Of a stretch of DNA of 64,000 bases, positions 1 through 22,883 are shown piece by piece; position 1 is the first letter of the stretch; every line of letters begins with the position of its first letter. The notes under the pieces were generated by a model. That model had not been told where the DNA came from. It saw only the letters and a program-made list of their open reading frames with translations, and did not search any database. The position numbers were made by a program, and so were the translations under genes. Where the stretch lies: assembly GCA_013239625.1 (NCBI GenBank), contig MU054338.1:2792977-2856976 (forward strand), read 5' to 3'. The DNA is from Lama guanicoe (Eukaryota).

Positions 1-780
1 GCCGTTGAGGATATCGGGGCTGCTGGGAAATGAGGGTCCAGGAGAGCAGTAGTTGGGGCCAGACCCTCAAACAAGAGATCAGAGTCTGAACAGATTTTGA
101 AGGTTGCCCCTGGAAGAACTACAAGAAGAACTGAATTGGGAGAGAGGGATGGTGGCAGGTTTCCAAGGTTTTAGCCCGAGGGACTACGTGAACAGCAATG
201 GCTTTGTTCCAAGATGAAGGACACCGAGGGAGAGGCAGGGCTGGGGGAAAGAAACAGTTTGTTTTCAGCCAAGAGAAGTCAGGAGCGCCTGTGAGACTCC
301 CCAGAGGGGTGAATTTGTGTCAAGTTCCTGGCATTTGGGATGCCATTGCAGCTGAAGCTAGAAAGAGGAGATCTGGGCAAGAGTGTTCTGGGCAGAGGGG
401 ACAGCACGTGCAAAGGCCCCGGGGTGGGATCAGGTTTGATGTGTTGAGGGAAAAAAGAAAAGAGAGAGAAGTCAGCAACTGGACCCCAGAAAGAGAGGGA
501 ATGCAGGGGATGGTGGAGACACGAGATGCCAGTGGGGCCGGGTCACACAAGACTTACCTGCAGATTGTGGTGTGAATGTTATTCTAGGGGCCCCCTCTGG
601 GGATCCTTGCTAGAGTCCTTCAATCCTGGTAAAGTTCTGAGTATCAAGGAGAGAGACGGAGCCTATCTGGCACAGCGGAGAGATTAAGGTTTGCAGGGGC
701 TCCGAACTGGACGGGCAGGCAGCTGGGGCGATGGACCCCAAGAAGATGGCAACAGAGGGAAGGGAGGACCACGTACTCAC

Positions 781-826
781 CCCAGAGCTGCACCAGGAGG
801 ACCAGCACTATGCCCGGGGACCCCAT
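781..826 (-). CDS. TMIGD2: TMIGD2 (CD28H/IGPR-1) coding exon 1, signal peptide; rest of the gene is left of the window
   Basis: ATG at 826 reads MGSPGIVLVLLVQLW+G followed by a GTGAGT donor (780-775). Matches the recalled human N-terminus MGSPGMVLGLLVQIW, and lies head-to-head with FSD1. Confidence 0.88.
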
Positions 827-1667
827 TCCTGGCCCATCAGGTCCCCCTCTCCTGGGTGGCTCCCCACCACCTCCACTCCCCTTCCTATTTGACAGACTTC
901 CTGCCACAAAGGCATATGTGACACTCCACCCCCGCCACAGGGGCGCATGTGACACCTGGGCCAGCCAGCAGATATCCGGTGGCCACGGCTTCTTGGGGCT
1001 CCACTTCCTGTCACCTCGTGCCTCAGTTTCCTCAAAGGTTTTTTTCCCTAATCTGAAAGGTGGTATACACATGCGATGGAGATACTGTGAGGGAAAATCT
1101 TTCTGAAAGACTACATAAACTCGCCTAGGTTGGGGGGACCCACTGGAAGGGCAGGTAAAGCAAGGACTGGGGAGGGGAACAGATGACACGGGCCTGAGCA
1201 GAGGACAGAAAGGCAGAATCCCAGCCTCAGTTATTTTGCCCCTAAGATGTCTTCTTTTGAGGTTCAGAGAAATGGATTTCTGCTGATGACTTTGAGTCCT
1301 GCGGCAGGTAGGGGCGTTCCCCTACCCCCACAGTCTGGGGAGAAGTTTGGGGGCCCAGTTGAGGGGGTTCATAGGCTCTAGACTTTCTCCCAGCCCTGCA
1401 CCCATCACAGCTGGCAGTACCCAGCCCCGGAGGAAGAGGAGGTGGCAGATTCCTGGGCCTCAATGTCTCACCTCAGACCACAGTGTGACCTCCTTTTTCA
1501 ACTAGAAAGAAGAGGGTCAGTGTTCTTCACAGAAATGTTCCTGTCAACCACAGAGAAGTCCCTCTGGTGGCGCTCTGCCCACACCTCCCAAGTAGGTACA
1601 CACAGCTTCCCAGCCTCCTGCTGCCCAGGCCTCCCCCCTCCTTCAGACTTTCAGGAAGGACTTTTTG

Positions 1668-1780
1668 TCTTTTAGGTTATTTATTTATTTAATTTATTTT
1701 TAACGGAGGTCCTGGGGGTTGAACCCAGGACTTTGTGCATGCTAAGCATGCGCTCTACCAGTGAGCTATAGCCCCCTCCC
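1668..1780 (-). mobile_element. tRNA-derived camelid SINE (Vic-1-like)
   Basis: Reverse complement of GGGG..TATAGCTCA.TGGTAGAGCGCATGCTTAGCATGCAC..GGGTTCAA (A/B boxes) plus AT-rich tail; TSD CAG[G/A]AAGGACTTT[T/C]TG. Confidence 0.85.
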
Positions 1781-2558
1781 CAGAAAGGACTTTCTGAAAT
1801 TCCACTCTTCACCTGTCCTCTGCAAGGGGTGATGCTGGAGATCATGGACAAAGTCAGCCCCAGGCTGACAGGCTAGACAGAGCTGGACATTCCTAGGACA
1901 GGCAGACATTCCTAGCCCTATGGATTCTGGGCAGGCAGAGAGGCTTCTGGAGATGTGAGCATCTGGGGCTTTGTGGGATGTATAGGAGTTCAGTTGTGAT
2001 GTAGGGAGGGAAAGGCAGCATTGGTAACTGAACAACTGCTTAGGCAAAAGACTTTAGCTTTTCAGTAAATGCAAAGCGTGAATAGTCAAGGGCCAGATCT
2101 TGGGGTGGATGTGTGTGTAGGGCTGGGGTGGGTGGGTTGCTGTGGAATTCCAGTTTGATTAGCAGCCAAGAAGTTGCTTGGGTGAACGCGTGGATTAACT
2201 GAGGCACTAGGAGTACTAGGGATGGGCTCGAGGTCACATGGCAGTTGAACCCAGGCATCTTGACTCTCAGTTCCGGGCTCTCTCCACCTCAGACATCATT
2301 AGCAATATTGCCTGGTGAGACGCATGCTCTGGGGGTCCCGGGTCTCGGGGACCCCAGCGCAAAAGGACTACATTTCCCAGCCTGCCACAACGGGCGCGCC
2401 TGCGCGCAGCGGCCAGTGATGGAGCGCTGACTGGGGGCGCGGCAGCGGCGGCGAGGGCTCGGCGGGCCATTGGCTCCCGGCAGCGGCAAAGGCAGCCTGG
2501 GGACTAGAAGGGCGAGTAGGACCCGCGGGCCGGGCAGGAGAAGACCTGGGTTGCAGCC

Positions 2559-13424
<10,866 letters not shown>

Positions 13425-13595
13425 GCCCCCAGACCGCTCACCAGCTGGGCTGATTTGGGGGGGGGCTGCCTCCAGGCCTTGGCTGTTTCAGCCGGGCACT
13501 CTCCTCTCACTTGCTGCTTGGAGCCTTAACTCCTGATGGAGGTCACCAATGGGGAGCGGGCCCTGGGGTGGGCCCTTCTCCCCACCTCACCTCCT

Positions 13596-13601
13596 AATAA
13601 A
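13596..13601 (+). terminator. FSD1 polyadenylation signal AATAAA
   Basis: AATAAA about 170 nt after the stop, followed by GT-rich sequence. Confidence 0.8.
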
Positions 13602-13853
13602 GGTCAAACACTGGCCAGGCTGCGCTGTTGGTTCTTTGGGACTGGGTGGCCCTGGGTGTGCCCGGCCCTCTCTGGACCTCAGCTTTCTTGGCTGTAAAGC
13701 GGGCTTTTCTTTCAGGGTCAGGTGGCAGATTTTGCTGAGCTGAGGACCCCTGGGACTGAGTGGGGCCAGCTGTGGCCAGCCATCTGACGGACCCCCGCAC
13801 TGCCCCACCAAGCCAAGCCAAGCCAAATACACGGGTCCTGGGGTCTCTGGAGC

Positions 13854-13859
13854 TTTAAT
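13854..13859 (-). terminator. STAP2 polyadenylation signal ATTAAA
   Basis: TTTAAT on the + strand about 30 nt past the STAP2 stop; GT-rich (TTGGC)n downstream on the - strand. Confidence 0.7.
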
Positions 13860-13890
13860 TCTGGGAGGAGGGGTCTGCCTGACTGATGAG

Positions 13891-16800
13891 TCATGCTTGG
13901 AGGTTGGCCTGCTGGTCCCCGGTGCGCGCAGCTGCGTGCTCCAGCGCCCGCCTCCTTTGCAGTTTCTCTTCCAGCTCTGCTGTCACATCTGCCAACCCTG
14001 GGATGGAGGGTGGGTACCCAAGGCCTCAGTGACGCCAGGGATCCCCAGTTCAGGCTCTCTCCCCTTACGTGCACCCAGGACCACTGCAGAATTTCCAGGG
14101 CCCAGCACAAAATGAAAGTGTGTTCAATGGGCATGAAGCATTTCAACACAAACACAGCAGAGCATTAACCCAAGTGTGGAGCACTCCAGAGTGTGGCTCC
14201 AATTTGTGAAGCCCACCCTGCACTGACCCCTTACCTGTTGTAGGGGAGAAAACCTGTGCTGAGCTGACTGCCAGCTTCCTTGCCAGGACACTGTTGAGGC
14301 CTTTGGGCTCTGAGAAGAAGGCAGATGAAGGCTGAGGCTGGCCCTCCCTCCACTGGATGGGGGAGGGGCTGGGAGGAGGGACCCCCTACCTGGTTTGGGC
14401 ATAACAGGTGTCTTTGGAGGCTTGGCCTGAAACTTGGCCAACTTCCTGGGCTTCTGGACAACTGGCCGACTAGGGGAAGGCACTGCGTGGACAAAGATAT
14501 GGTGTGTCACATCCAGTTGTTAGCCTGTTTCCTGTCCCCAGCTCTCAGCCACCCCTGGTCCCCCACCCACCGTCCCCGTTCACGTAGTTGGCAGCAGGGT
14601 CATCTCCAATGGGGATCACATAGTTCTCATCCTGGTTCGGTAGTGGGGGCAGCTTGTTGTGGCTGGACACAGGTGTGATGGATGCAGGAGGCAGCTGCTT
14701 GGGGAGTGCAGGACCTGGTGGGAAACTGTGGTCACTGTCGGGGCCCATGTGGTACAGGGACAACTCAGGGTGGGTCTGTGTGCTTCTGTGAATGGGGATG
14801 TGTGTGTGCACACCCAGACAGGCATGCGTCCCTGTGTGTGAGTGTCTGTGCACATGCCCGTTTATGAATCTGTATGTTTGTGTTTGTAGCATCAATGTGT
14901 ACACTGGGTGAATTTGCAGAAGTTGAATGCATGTAAAGGTTTTCTACACATGCGCCTAACCGTGTGTATACGTGAATGACACCGCGTGGGTACTGAGGTA
15001 TGGCTTGGGTGCTTGTCGGTTTTGCGTGTACACGCATGTCTGTAAAGCTCTGAATTTGTGCTTGTGAATGGAATGTCTGCATTTGTGTGCCCACACGTGG
15101 TTTTGGCTTGCTCAAGGTATATATATATGTGCTACATGGAACTGAAATTGTGTGACGCCCCTGCTCATGCATGTGTGGAGCCATTGTCTGCATAGGAGCT
15201 GATTATGCAGGTGGACACAGTTCGTGTTTGTGAGTGAGGCATGAGTGTACCTACACATGTGACCATCGTGCACATAGGCTCTGCAACATCTGCCCAGCCC
15301 AGGGGACCCTGCTGCTCATGCCACAGACCTTTCCAGTCTCTTCCTCTTGCTTCATATGCTGAACCACCTCCCACCCCAATTTCCCAACTCTACCTACTGA
15401 AATCCTTTGAAAACTTCAGCGAACACCCCCTCCTGCACAAAGACGTCCCCCTACTCTGCCCTGCCCCCTCTTCTCCCCATCTTCAGGTGCTGTCCCTGCT
15501 CCAACCCCAGGTTCAACCTCAGGGGGCTGGGAGTGTCTGTGCCCAGCCATGTCCACCCCCTCCAAAACCTGGAAGCCCCTACAGGGCACTTTCTGGGTAA
15601 TTTCTGGGTCCCTGCAACTCAGGGTACAGGCCTGGGCACAGGCAGAGCCACGAGAGTCCTAAGTCTCCACTCTGCCCTGGCAGCGGCAGCGGGAAGGGGG
15701 CGTCACCTGGGCAGAGGGCCGAGGGCGCCACCCACACACTCTCGCCATTCTCTTTATCGGCCTCCACGTAGCCTGGAACAGAGAGGGTGGCCTGGAGGAG
15801 GTACGGTGGCAGGGGGCTGACCCAGGGGTGTCCCCGTCCAGGAATGGGGCGGGAGAGGCGCGGACTGGGCCCCTGAGTTCCCTGATGCTGTACCCACCTA
15901 TCACTTTCTCGTAGTCCTCATCCAGCAGGAAGGGCACCAGCGCCTTATTGGTGTGCGAAACGAAATAGTTGACTACTGCGTCTAGTGAGGCACAGGAGAA
16001 CTGGGGGCAGATAGGAGGTGCAGTCAGGGCCTGAGGGGAAGGGGCGCAGGTCCCGCCACTGCCCTTCTCGGGACCCCGGCCCAACGCTCACCGGCTGCTC
16101 CACGTCGATCACGTACTTGGGGCCCTCGCACTTCACCTTGTAGTGCCGGACTACCGGCGTCCTGCGAGGGCAGTGGCCTGGCTGAGGACAGGGAAGGGCC
16201 CGCCCCTCGCCGTGGCCCCGCACCCACGGAGGGCCTAACCCCACCTCCTGCTCCCCACCACACTGACCACGCCCCGTCCTGGCGTGGCTCTCTGCGGGGG
16301 ATCAGGCTCTCGACTGACTCCACCTGCACGAAAGACCCTGCCCCTGGTCCTGGCCCTGCGCCCCACCACCCGGCCCCAGGACCATGCCCCAAAGGAGTTC
16401 ACCCCGGGGAGGCCTCGCCCCCGTCCTGGCTCCGCCCCTTGGCCCTGACTCCACCTTTGACTTGGCCCCGCCCCTAACTCTCAGCTCGCCCCCGCGTCCC
16501 ACGGCCCCCCAACCCCGGCTCCGGAGCCACGCATGCGCACCCGTTGAGCGCCTGGCGAGTGGTGACCGACACGCCACCAGAGCCGTCCCCGCTGGGCCGC
16601 AGCAGAAGGTTCCCGCACTCCGGGTAGCGCTCCAGGAGCAGTTGCGCCTCCAGCCGGCTCACCTGCAAGAAGCACCTGGGGCGGGCCGCGTCACTCACCA
16701 GGAAAGGCCCCGCCCCCAGGGACACAGCCACGCCCTCCCTTCGTAACCCCGCCTCGAGAATACAGCCGCGCCCCTGAACGTAACACGCCGCGTCTCCGGG

Positions 16801-19800
16801 TACCCAGCCACGCCCACTCGTCCACAATCTCGCTCTTGGAGACGCTGCCTCGCACTTCAGGCCCAGGCTGTGCCTCGGGAGACTCAGGGCTGTCCTCCAG
16901 GTACAGAGTCCAACGCTCAGAGACCCAGACCCGCCTCCCAGGCACCGAAACCCGTCCCTGGAAAACATGTCCCGCCCCTAGACACCCAGTAGGGCTCACA
17001 GCAGTGAGACCTAACCCCCGCCCCTGCCCGGATGCAGCCTTGTACTCAACGCAACACCCAATGCCTGCAGACCTCACTCACTGTCCACCCTCAGCCCCAA
17101 GCTTTCCAGCCCGCGACCATCCTGGAGATCCTGGTCCACTTACGAGGGCATCTCGAGCGCACGGCGTGCCTCCTCTTTGGCCAGGGCTTCGGTCATCATG
17201 TACAGGTGTCCGGGAAGTAGGGTCAGGTTGAATGGGACACGGAGCTGAGGGGTGATTGGGGCGTCAGGGAACGGGCGGCTGTGCCCATGTCACAGAGGGG
17301 CAAACTGAGGCCAGGGTGTGGATGGAGCTAGGATGGAAACTCAGGTTTGGGGCTCCAGAGCTTCTTGACACCTCAAGTGCAAAGAGGGCTTAAAGAGGAT
17401 GCGCAGAGAGACGGGTGCTGGGGAGGAGAGTGTGGCAGATGCTAGAATGCAGGGTCTCAAATTCAACAGCCTGCAGGGGTCAGGCAGGGAACAAATGAGT
17501 AAAATAGAAATCAGGAATATTGACTAAAACTCCTGGTTTTTAAGTGATAGCAGCTAACTTTTAAATTTATAGCACTTTGTTGGCAGGCAAAACAAAAGAC
17601 ATTTATGGGCTACATCTGGCTCATAGGCCTCCAGTTTGAGACCAGTGTGCTATGCTCAAGAGGTTTTTTGGGGGAAGGTTGGAAACACAAAGGAGGATTT
17701 CTGAGCAGGCCTAGTGGGGAATGGGAGAGAGGGGGCTGAGAGCAGCCACTCTTACCTCCACCACCGTCATGATGAAGCCTTTCCACATCTCCCGAGACTC
17801 CAGACTCTCCACCTGGGGAGGGAAAGAAAAAGATTCCAGGTTGATGAGCGTCTGTCTAGTCATCTGTGAAGCTGGAATGAGAAATGAGTCCCTGTTTCCA
17901 AGGGCTGTTTTGAAGATTAAATGAGTTAGAACAGATTCATTTAGGATGACGTCTGGATATAAATCCTTAGTAATACAGGGTATTATTATTCTTTAATCTT
18001 ATTACATCAACATTTTTATAAATGTGTAAATCAGATGATGTATCTCCTATCCTTAAAACCCTCCCTTGATTCCTGCCTCCCTCAGGGTACCAGTCCAGGT
18101 CCTCCCTGTGCCCCACAAGGCCCTGCATGACCTGCCCTGTCCCCTCCCTGCCCTCCCCTCCTCCCTCTCTCCACCTCACTCACTCTGTTCCAGCCACATG
18201 GACCTCCTCGCTGTTCCTCCAACACACCAGGCACAGTCCTGCCTCAGGGCCTTTGTACATGCTGTTTCCTCTGCTGAAGAGCTGTTTCAGAGATATCTAC
18301 ACTGCTGGCTCCCTTACCTCCTTCAGGCCTTCAATACCGGCTTTCCTGATCATACCTCTTAACATTGCAATCCTGACCCCCCATCCCCTTTCCCCAGTAC
18401 TCGTCTCCCTAGCATCTACCACCAATCTGACACTCCATATATTTTACACATTTACAGTAAGGATTTTTAATTGTTTTATTCACTGCTGTGTAACTAGAAG
18501 GGTGTCTGGCACATAGTAGGTGCTCAATAAAATTAGCTGAAAGATAGAGTATGACAGTGATGATCCTTTTGGATCAGATCTTGTTTTGGGCACTGTACAT
18601 GTATTATCCCATTTTTCAGTTGGGAAAACTGAGGCTCAGTGACCTACCCAGTGTCACCAACCCAGTAGTAGACTGCAACACCATGCTAGTGTGTGTTGAT
18701 GGTAGGTGCAACAGGGAGGGAGGGTCTCCCACCAGCCCTACCTAGAGACCTACCTTGAACTTGATCTCCTGGTTCCGCAGGACCAAGCAGAAGTGGGTGC
18801 CAGGGTCTTGGGAGCTCCCCCAGGGAGCCTCATCTCTGAGCTTCACAAACACTCCTAGGTCTAGCTTCTCCACGTACTGGGGGCACAGAAGCCAGGGTCT
18901 GAGCACTACACCTGTGGTCCCTCGGGCCTCCTGACTTGAACACACCACCCACACCCTCTGCTTGGTCCCTGGGGTCAAGGGTGGACCAGCTCTTGAGCCT
19001 TCACTTCCATTCTTACCTGGGAGTCCCGATTACTATTGTAGAAATAAAGAGTCAGGCCCTGGAGGCCTGCCCAGAACTTCTTGTAATCCTGTGGAGAAGA
19101 GGTGGAGAAAGAGAAGGAAGTGAGGTGGCAAAGCTGGGTACCTCTATTATACTCTGCCTCAGGACCTTTGCACTAGCTGTTTGCTTTGCCTGAATACTCT
19201 TCTAGATTTTTACGTAGTTTCCTTCATCACCTGCTTTGGCTCTTTGAACAATTGTTGCCTTCTCAGGGAGGCCCTCTCCATCCATGGCCCAGCTTCTGGG
19301 GATCTGTTATTCTCCAAGAAAGGACCAAAGGGAATCTACGAAGGTGGGAGTTCTAGGAGTAATTAGAGCTAACTCACTTTATGGTGTTCCATGCATCCAT
19401 CTACCCATCCACACATACATACAAATATCCCCCATCCCTTTATGCCATAAATATTTAGTGGCATCTCCTAGGTGCCAGGCACTGGGCGAGGTGCTGAGTC
19501 TACAGTAAGATCCTAGGATTTTTTTTCACAAGATATTCCCTAAGCACCTACTCTGCACCCAGCTCTGTTGCAGGCAAAATAATAAATGGGACATGGCATC
19601 TGTTGCTAAACAGATAATGTGTCAGAAGGATAGAGAAAGCACAGATACTAAAATTGTCCAGAGAAGAGAAATTAGTACCCTCAGGGAGGGACAGAGCCTG
19701 GGCCGAGATCACAGAGGAGGAGAGAGGCCCTCCGACTGGGAGATCTGGGAAGACTTCCTGAAAGAGGAGTTACTTTGGTTAGTCCATAGTGATAATGAGG

Positions 19801-22199
19801 GTAGCTTTTACACCAACAGTGATCATCCATCCAGCAATCCACCTACCAATCCATCCATCCTTTCATCCACTTATGTCCCCACCCACCCATCCATCTATTT
19901 GTCTACAGGCATGCCTCATTTTATTGCACTTCACAGGTACTGCTTTTTTTGTTTTTAACAAATTGAAGGTTTGTGGCTACCCTGCATTAAACAAGTCTAT
20001 CAGCAAAATTTTTCCAAGAGCATTATTTTTAAATTAAGGTATGTACATAGTTTTTCTTTTTTTTTTTAGACTTAATACTATCACACATTGAATAGACTCC
20101 GGTATAGTGTAAAGATCACCTTTACATGCACTAGGGAACCAAACAATTTATATGACTCACTTTATTGCTGAGAAGGAAAAGCCGGGCTGGGCTAACAAGA
20201 TAACTCATAAATCTAAGTGCAACAAGTGTTGGTTTACTGGGCTAACTTTTAAATCTAAGTTAGTAAGTGTCAGTTTGCTGATTCCCTGTTCATGTTTTTT
20301 TCCTAGCCAGCTGGATTTTCAAAGAGACATATCTGGTCTTGAAATGTTGGTTTGCTGCCTTCCTGCCTCTACTTTTGTGATAATGATGCTGCTAAAGCTG
20401 TTCCACGCCTATTGGCCGAATACCCCAAGCTTGTAATTAACCCTATAAAACCTCATGCACACGTCTTGGAGATGCTCAGAGCTTCGGAGCAGAAGCCCCT
20501 CTGAGCCTGCCAGCGTAATAAATCTGAGTACTCCAACCCTCCAAGTGGTGCTCGTTCCTTGGCTGGCCTGTCATTTCCGTAACATTGCAATATTCACTTT
20601 TTTTTCATTGCATTTCTTTTTTTTAAATTTTATTTTATTGAGTTATAGTCAGTTTACAATGTTGTGTCAATTTACAGTGTGAGCACAATTTTTCAGTTAT
20701 ACATGAACATACATATATTCATTGTCGCATTCTCTTTCACTGTGAGCTAACACGAGATCTTGTATATATTTCCCTGTGCTATATAGTATAATCTTGTTTA
20801 TCTATTCTATATATACCTGTCAGTATCTACAAATCTCGAACTCCCAGTCTGTCCCTTCCCACCCACCTCCCTTACAATATACACTTTTTTGTGGTGGTCT
20901 GGAACCAAACCTTCAGGGTCTCCAAAGTATACCTGTATTTACCCATCCATTCACCTATCTGTCCACCCATAGATACATCCTAGATACAGACATACATTTA
21001 ACTAACATTTACTGAAGACCTGCTATATGCCAGCCACTGGGAATAGAGCAAAAAGTGATTAAACTCAGCATGGTCAGACCTGCTTCGTCAGGCTCCAGCT
21101 TGTGCCATGGCACAAGTTATTTAAGTTCTCTGTGCCTCAGTTTCCCCACCTAGGAAATGGTAATGATAATGGTACCTGCCTCAGAGGCTGTTGTGAGAAT
21201 TGGATGAGTTAATACATGCAAAGCACCAGTGCTCCCACTGAGTCAGCTCCTGGGCATGCTAAGAGCTACTCTCCTCCTGAAACCGTGACTGTTTTCTTCT
21301 TCAACCCATTTTATAATGGGGGAAACTGAGGAACAAAGATGCAGAATCACTGATACATGGCCTGGGCATTGGGAAGGCGTGGAGCAGGGCTGTTGACCTG
21401 GGTCTCGCACTCTGGGATCTCACGCTCTTTCTTAACCCCTGTGATCTCCTGCCTCTGAGTGCTTTCTAGGCTAGGGAGGACTTGGAGGCAAGGAGGCAGA
21501 AGGAAAGAACGAAGAAACTGCCCTGGCAAAGGCAGGGGAAAGCATGGTTGGTTTGGGTCCTAGTAGGAGAGATGGGACCTAAGTGGGAACCGAGAGGCTG
21601 GGGTTTATTCTCACACACAGACACAGACACAGACACAGACAGAGACACACACACACACACACACTGGGCCCCTGGCCAGTATCTGGTCCTGTGCAATGTA
21701 GCCCCCACCCCCCCAACTCTCACTGTCCACACCTGCAATCTGTGCCACCCTTGACCTCTGTGGCTGAGGTTCACAGACAAAACTCTGGGCTGGGGGAGGA
21801 GGGAGGCATGGGAATCAGAAGGCTCTCCATTTCCTGGAGGAAGAACCTGATCCTATTTGTATCCAAGAGACAGAGAGATTGAGACCAAGAGAGAGACAGA
21901 TGGAGCCAGGCAGGGAGAGACACAGAGAAAGAGAGAGAGACGAGGGACAGAATCTTCCCCAGCCAACCCCCCAATCCATGCCCTACCCTACCCAGCACCC
22001 ACCCCACCCTCCTTGCCCGGCTAGGGAGGTCTAGGCTCAGAGAGGTGCCGCACCTGCCCAGGTGGCCCAGCAGTGACAGCTCCCTGGCCTGTCTTACCCG
22101 GTCTCGGGGTCCCTTCTTTTCCAGAAAGCTCTCGTAGTAGTGTGAGGGCTGGATGCTCTTGGGCTTGGGGAGCCGGGGTGGGCTCAGGGCCAAGGCCAT
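13891..22199 (-). CDS. STAP2: STAP2, signal-transducing adaptor protein 2 (PH, SH2-like, Pro-rich), 415 aa
   Basis: Exons (high to low) 22199-22098, 19088-19017, 18876-18754, 17812-17756, 17244-17144, 16675-16541, 16161-16092, 16000-15898, 15772-15707, 14714-14571, 14482-14390, 14309-14235, 13997-13891. 1248 nt. Translation MALALSPPRLPKPKSIQPSHYYESFLEKKGP...RRALEHAAARTGDQQANLQA*. Confidence 0.96.
17450..17647. mobile_element. MER45-like hAT MITE
   Basis: Termini CAGGGTCTCAAA... and ...TTTGAGACCAGTG are inverted repeats; internal GCCTGCAGGGGTCAGGCAGG. Confidence 0.65.
18030..18542 (+). mobile_element. L2 LINE 3' fragment
   Basis: CCTGCCTCAGGGCCTTTGTACATGCTGTT...TGGCACATAGTAGGTGCTCAATAAA, a typical L2 3' end. 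Confidence 0.8.
20169..20584 (+). mobile_element. Solo ERV LTR (416 bp) nested in Tigger1
   Basis: TG...CA ends, TTGC 4-bp TSD (20165-20168 and 20585-20588), ATTGG 20411, TATAAAA 20444-20450, AATAAA 20517-20522. Confidence 0.82.
20604..20871 (-). mobile_element. Lineage-specific L1 3' fragment nested in Tigger1
   Basis: Poly-T then TTATTGAGTTATAGTCAGTTTACAATGTTGTGTCAATTT...; TSD TT[G/A]CAATAT[T/A]CACTTTTTT. Related to the L1 end at 45073. Confidence 0.8.
21613..21664 (+). repeat. (CAGACA)n/(CA)n compound microsatellite
   Basis: Read directly from the sequence. Confidence 0.9.
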
Positions 22200-22770
22200 G
22201 GCAGGCCTGGGTCTTTGGCCCGGCCTCTCCCTCCAGTGGGTGCACCAGCTGAGCCAGGAAGCTGAGAAACAGGTTCCAGGGGAATTTCCTCTCCTCTGTC
22301 AGCTCCCGAGCTCCCTCCCCTGACAGCACTGGGCGGGGGCTGGGCTGGGGCAGGACCTGCCCATGGATCCCAGGGAAATCCCGGCCTCTTAGGTCCCTGC
22401 AGGAGGTCAGGAAAGGCTGGCTGGCGTAAGGGAATGGAGGAGAGTCTTTCAGTGCCGGGCGGGAGTGGGGTGAGGGGCAGCCAGGGCACCAGAGGGGGAC
22501 CTGCTTAAGCAAAGGCCTGAAAGGGAGAAAGGAAGGACTCTGGTGCCAGAGTAGTGAGGGGATGTGACCAGAGAGTGACACAAGTTCCAGGCGGCCCCTT
22601 AGGTGGCCTGGATGTTAGAACTATCTTGCTTGTATCTACCAAAAAATCTTGCAGCAATTTTGATAGGAACAGCACTAAACCTGTTTATCATAAGTTGGAG
22701 GAGACTTGACATCTTGATGTACAGTGTTGAGTCTTCCAATCCACAGACCTGGCCTTTCTTTCTCTCTTCA

Positions 22771-22883
22771 GGGGTGGGTAGGTAATTAGGTTTCTAATTA
22801 TTTATTTTAATGGAGGTACTGAGGATTGAACCCATGACCTCCTGCATGCCAAGCACATGCTCTACCACTGAGCTATACTCTCT
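22771..22883 (-). mobile_element. tRNA-derived camelid SINE (Vic-1-like)
   Basis: Same head and GGTAATTAGGTTT tail motif as the copy at 8837, reversed. Confidence 0.8.

Larger units (their letters stand above)
19906..20935 (+). mobile_element. Internally deleted Tigger1 DNA transposon hosting two nested insertions
   Basis: TA|CAGGCATGCCTCATTTTATTGCACTTCAC... to ...GGTGGTCTGGAACCAAACC...GTATACCTG|TA; terminal inverted repeats and TA TSD. Confidence 0.88.

Noticed and set aside
1558..1576. CTCF-like site between TMIGD2 and FSD1
   Set aside because: Several core mismatches in either orientation; not supportable without a PWM score or ChIP.
14770..15270. TG-rich alternating purine-pyrimidine region with His/Thr-rich ORFs
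   Set aside because: Decayed simple repeat in STAP2 intron 9; the ORFs are compositional artefacts.
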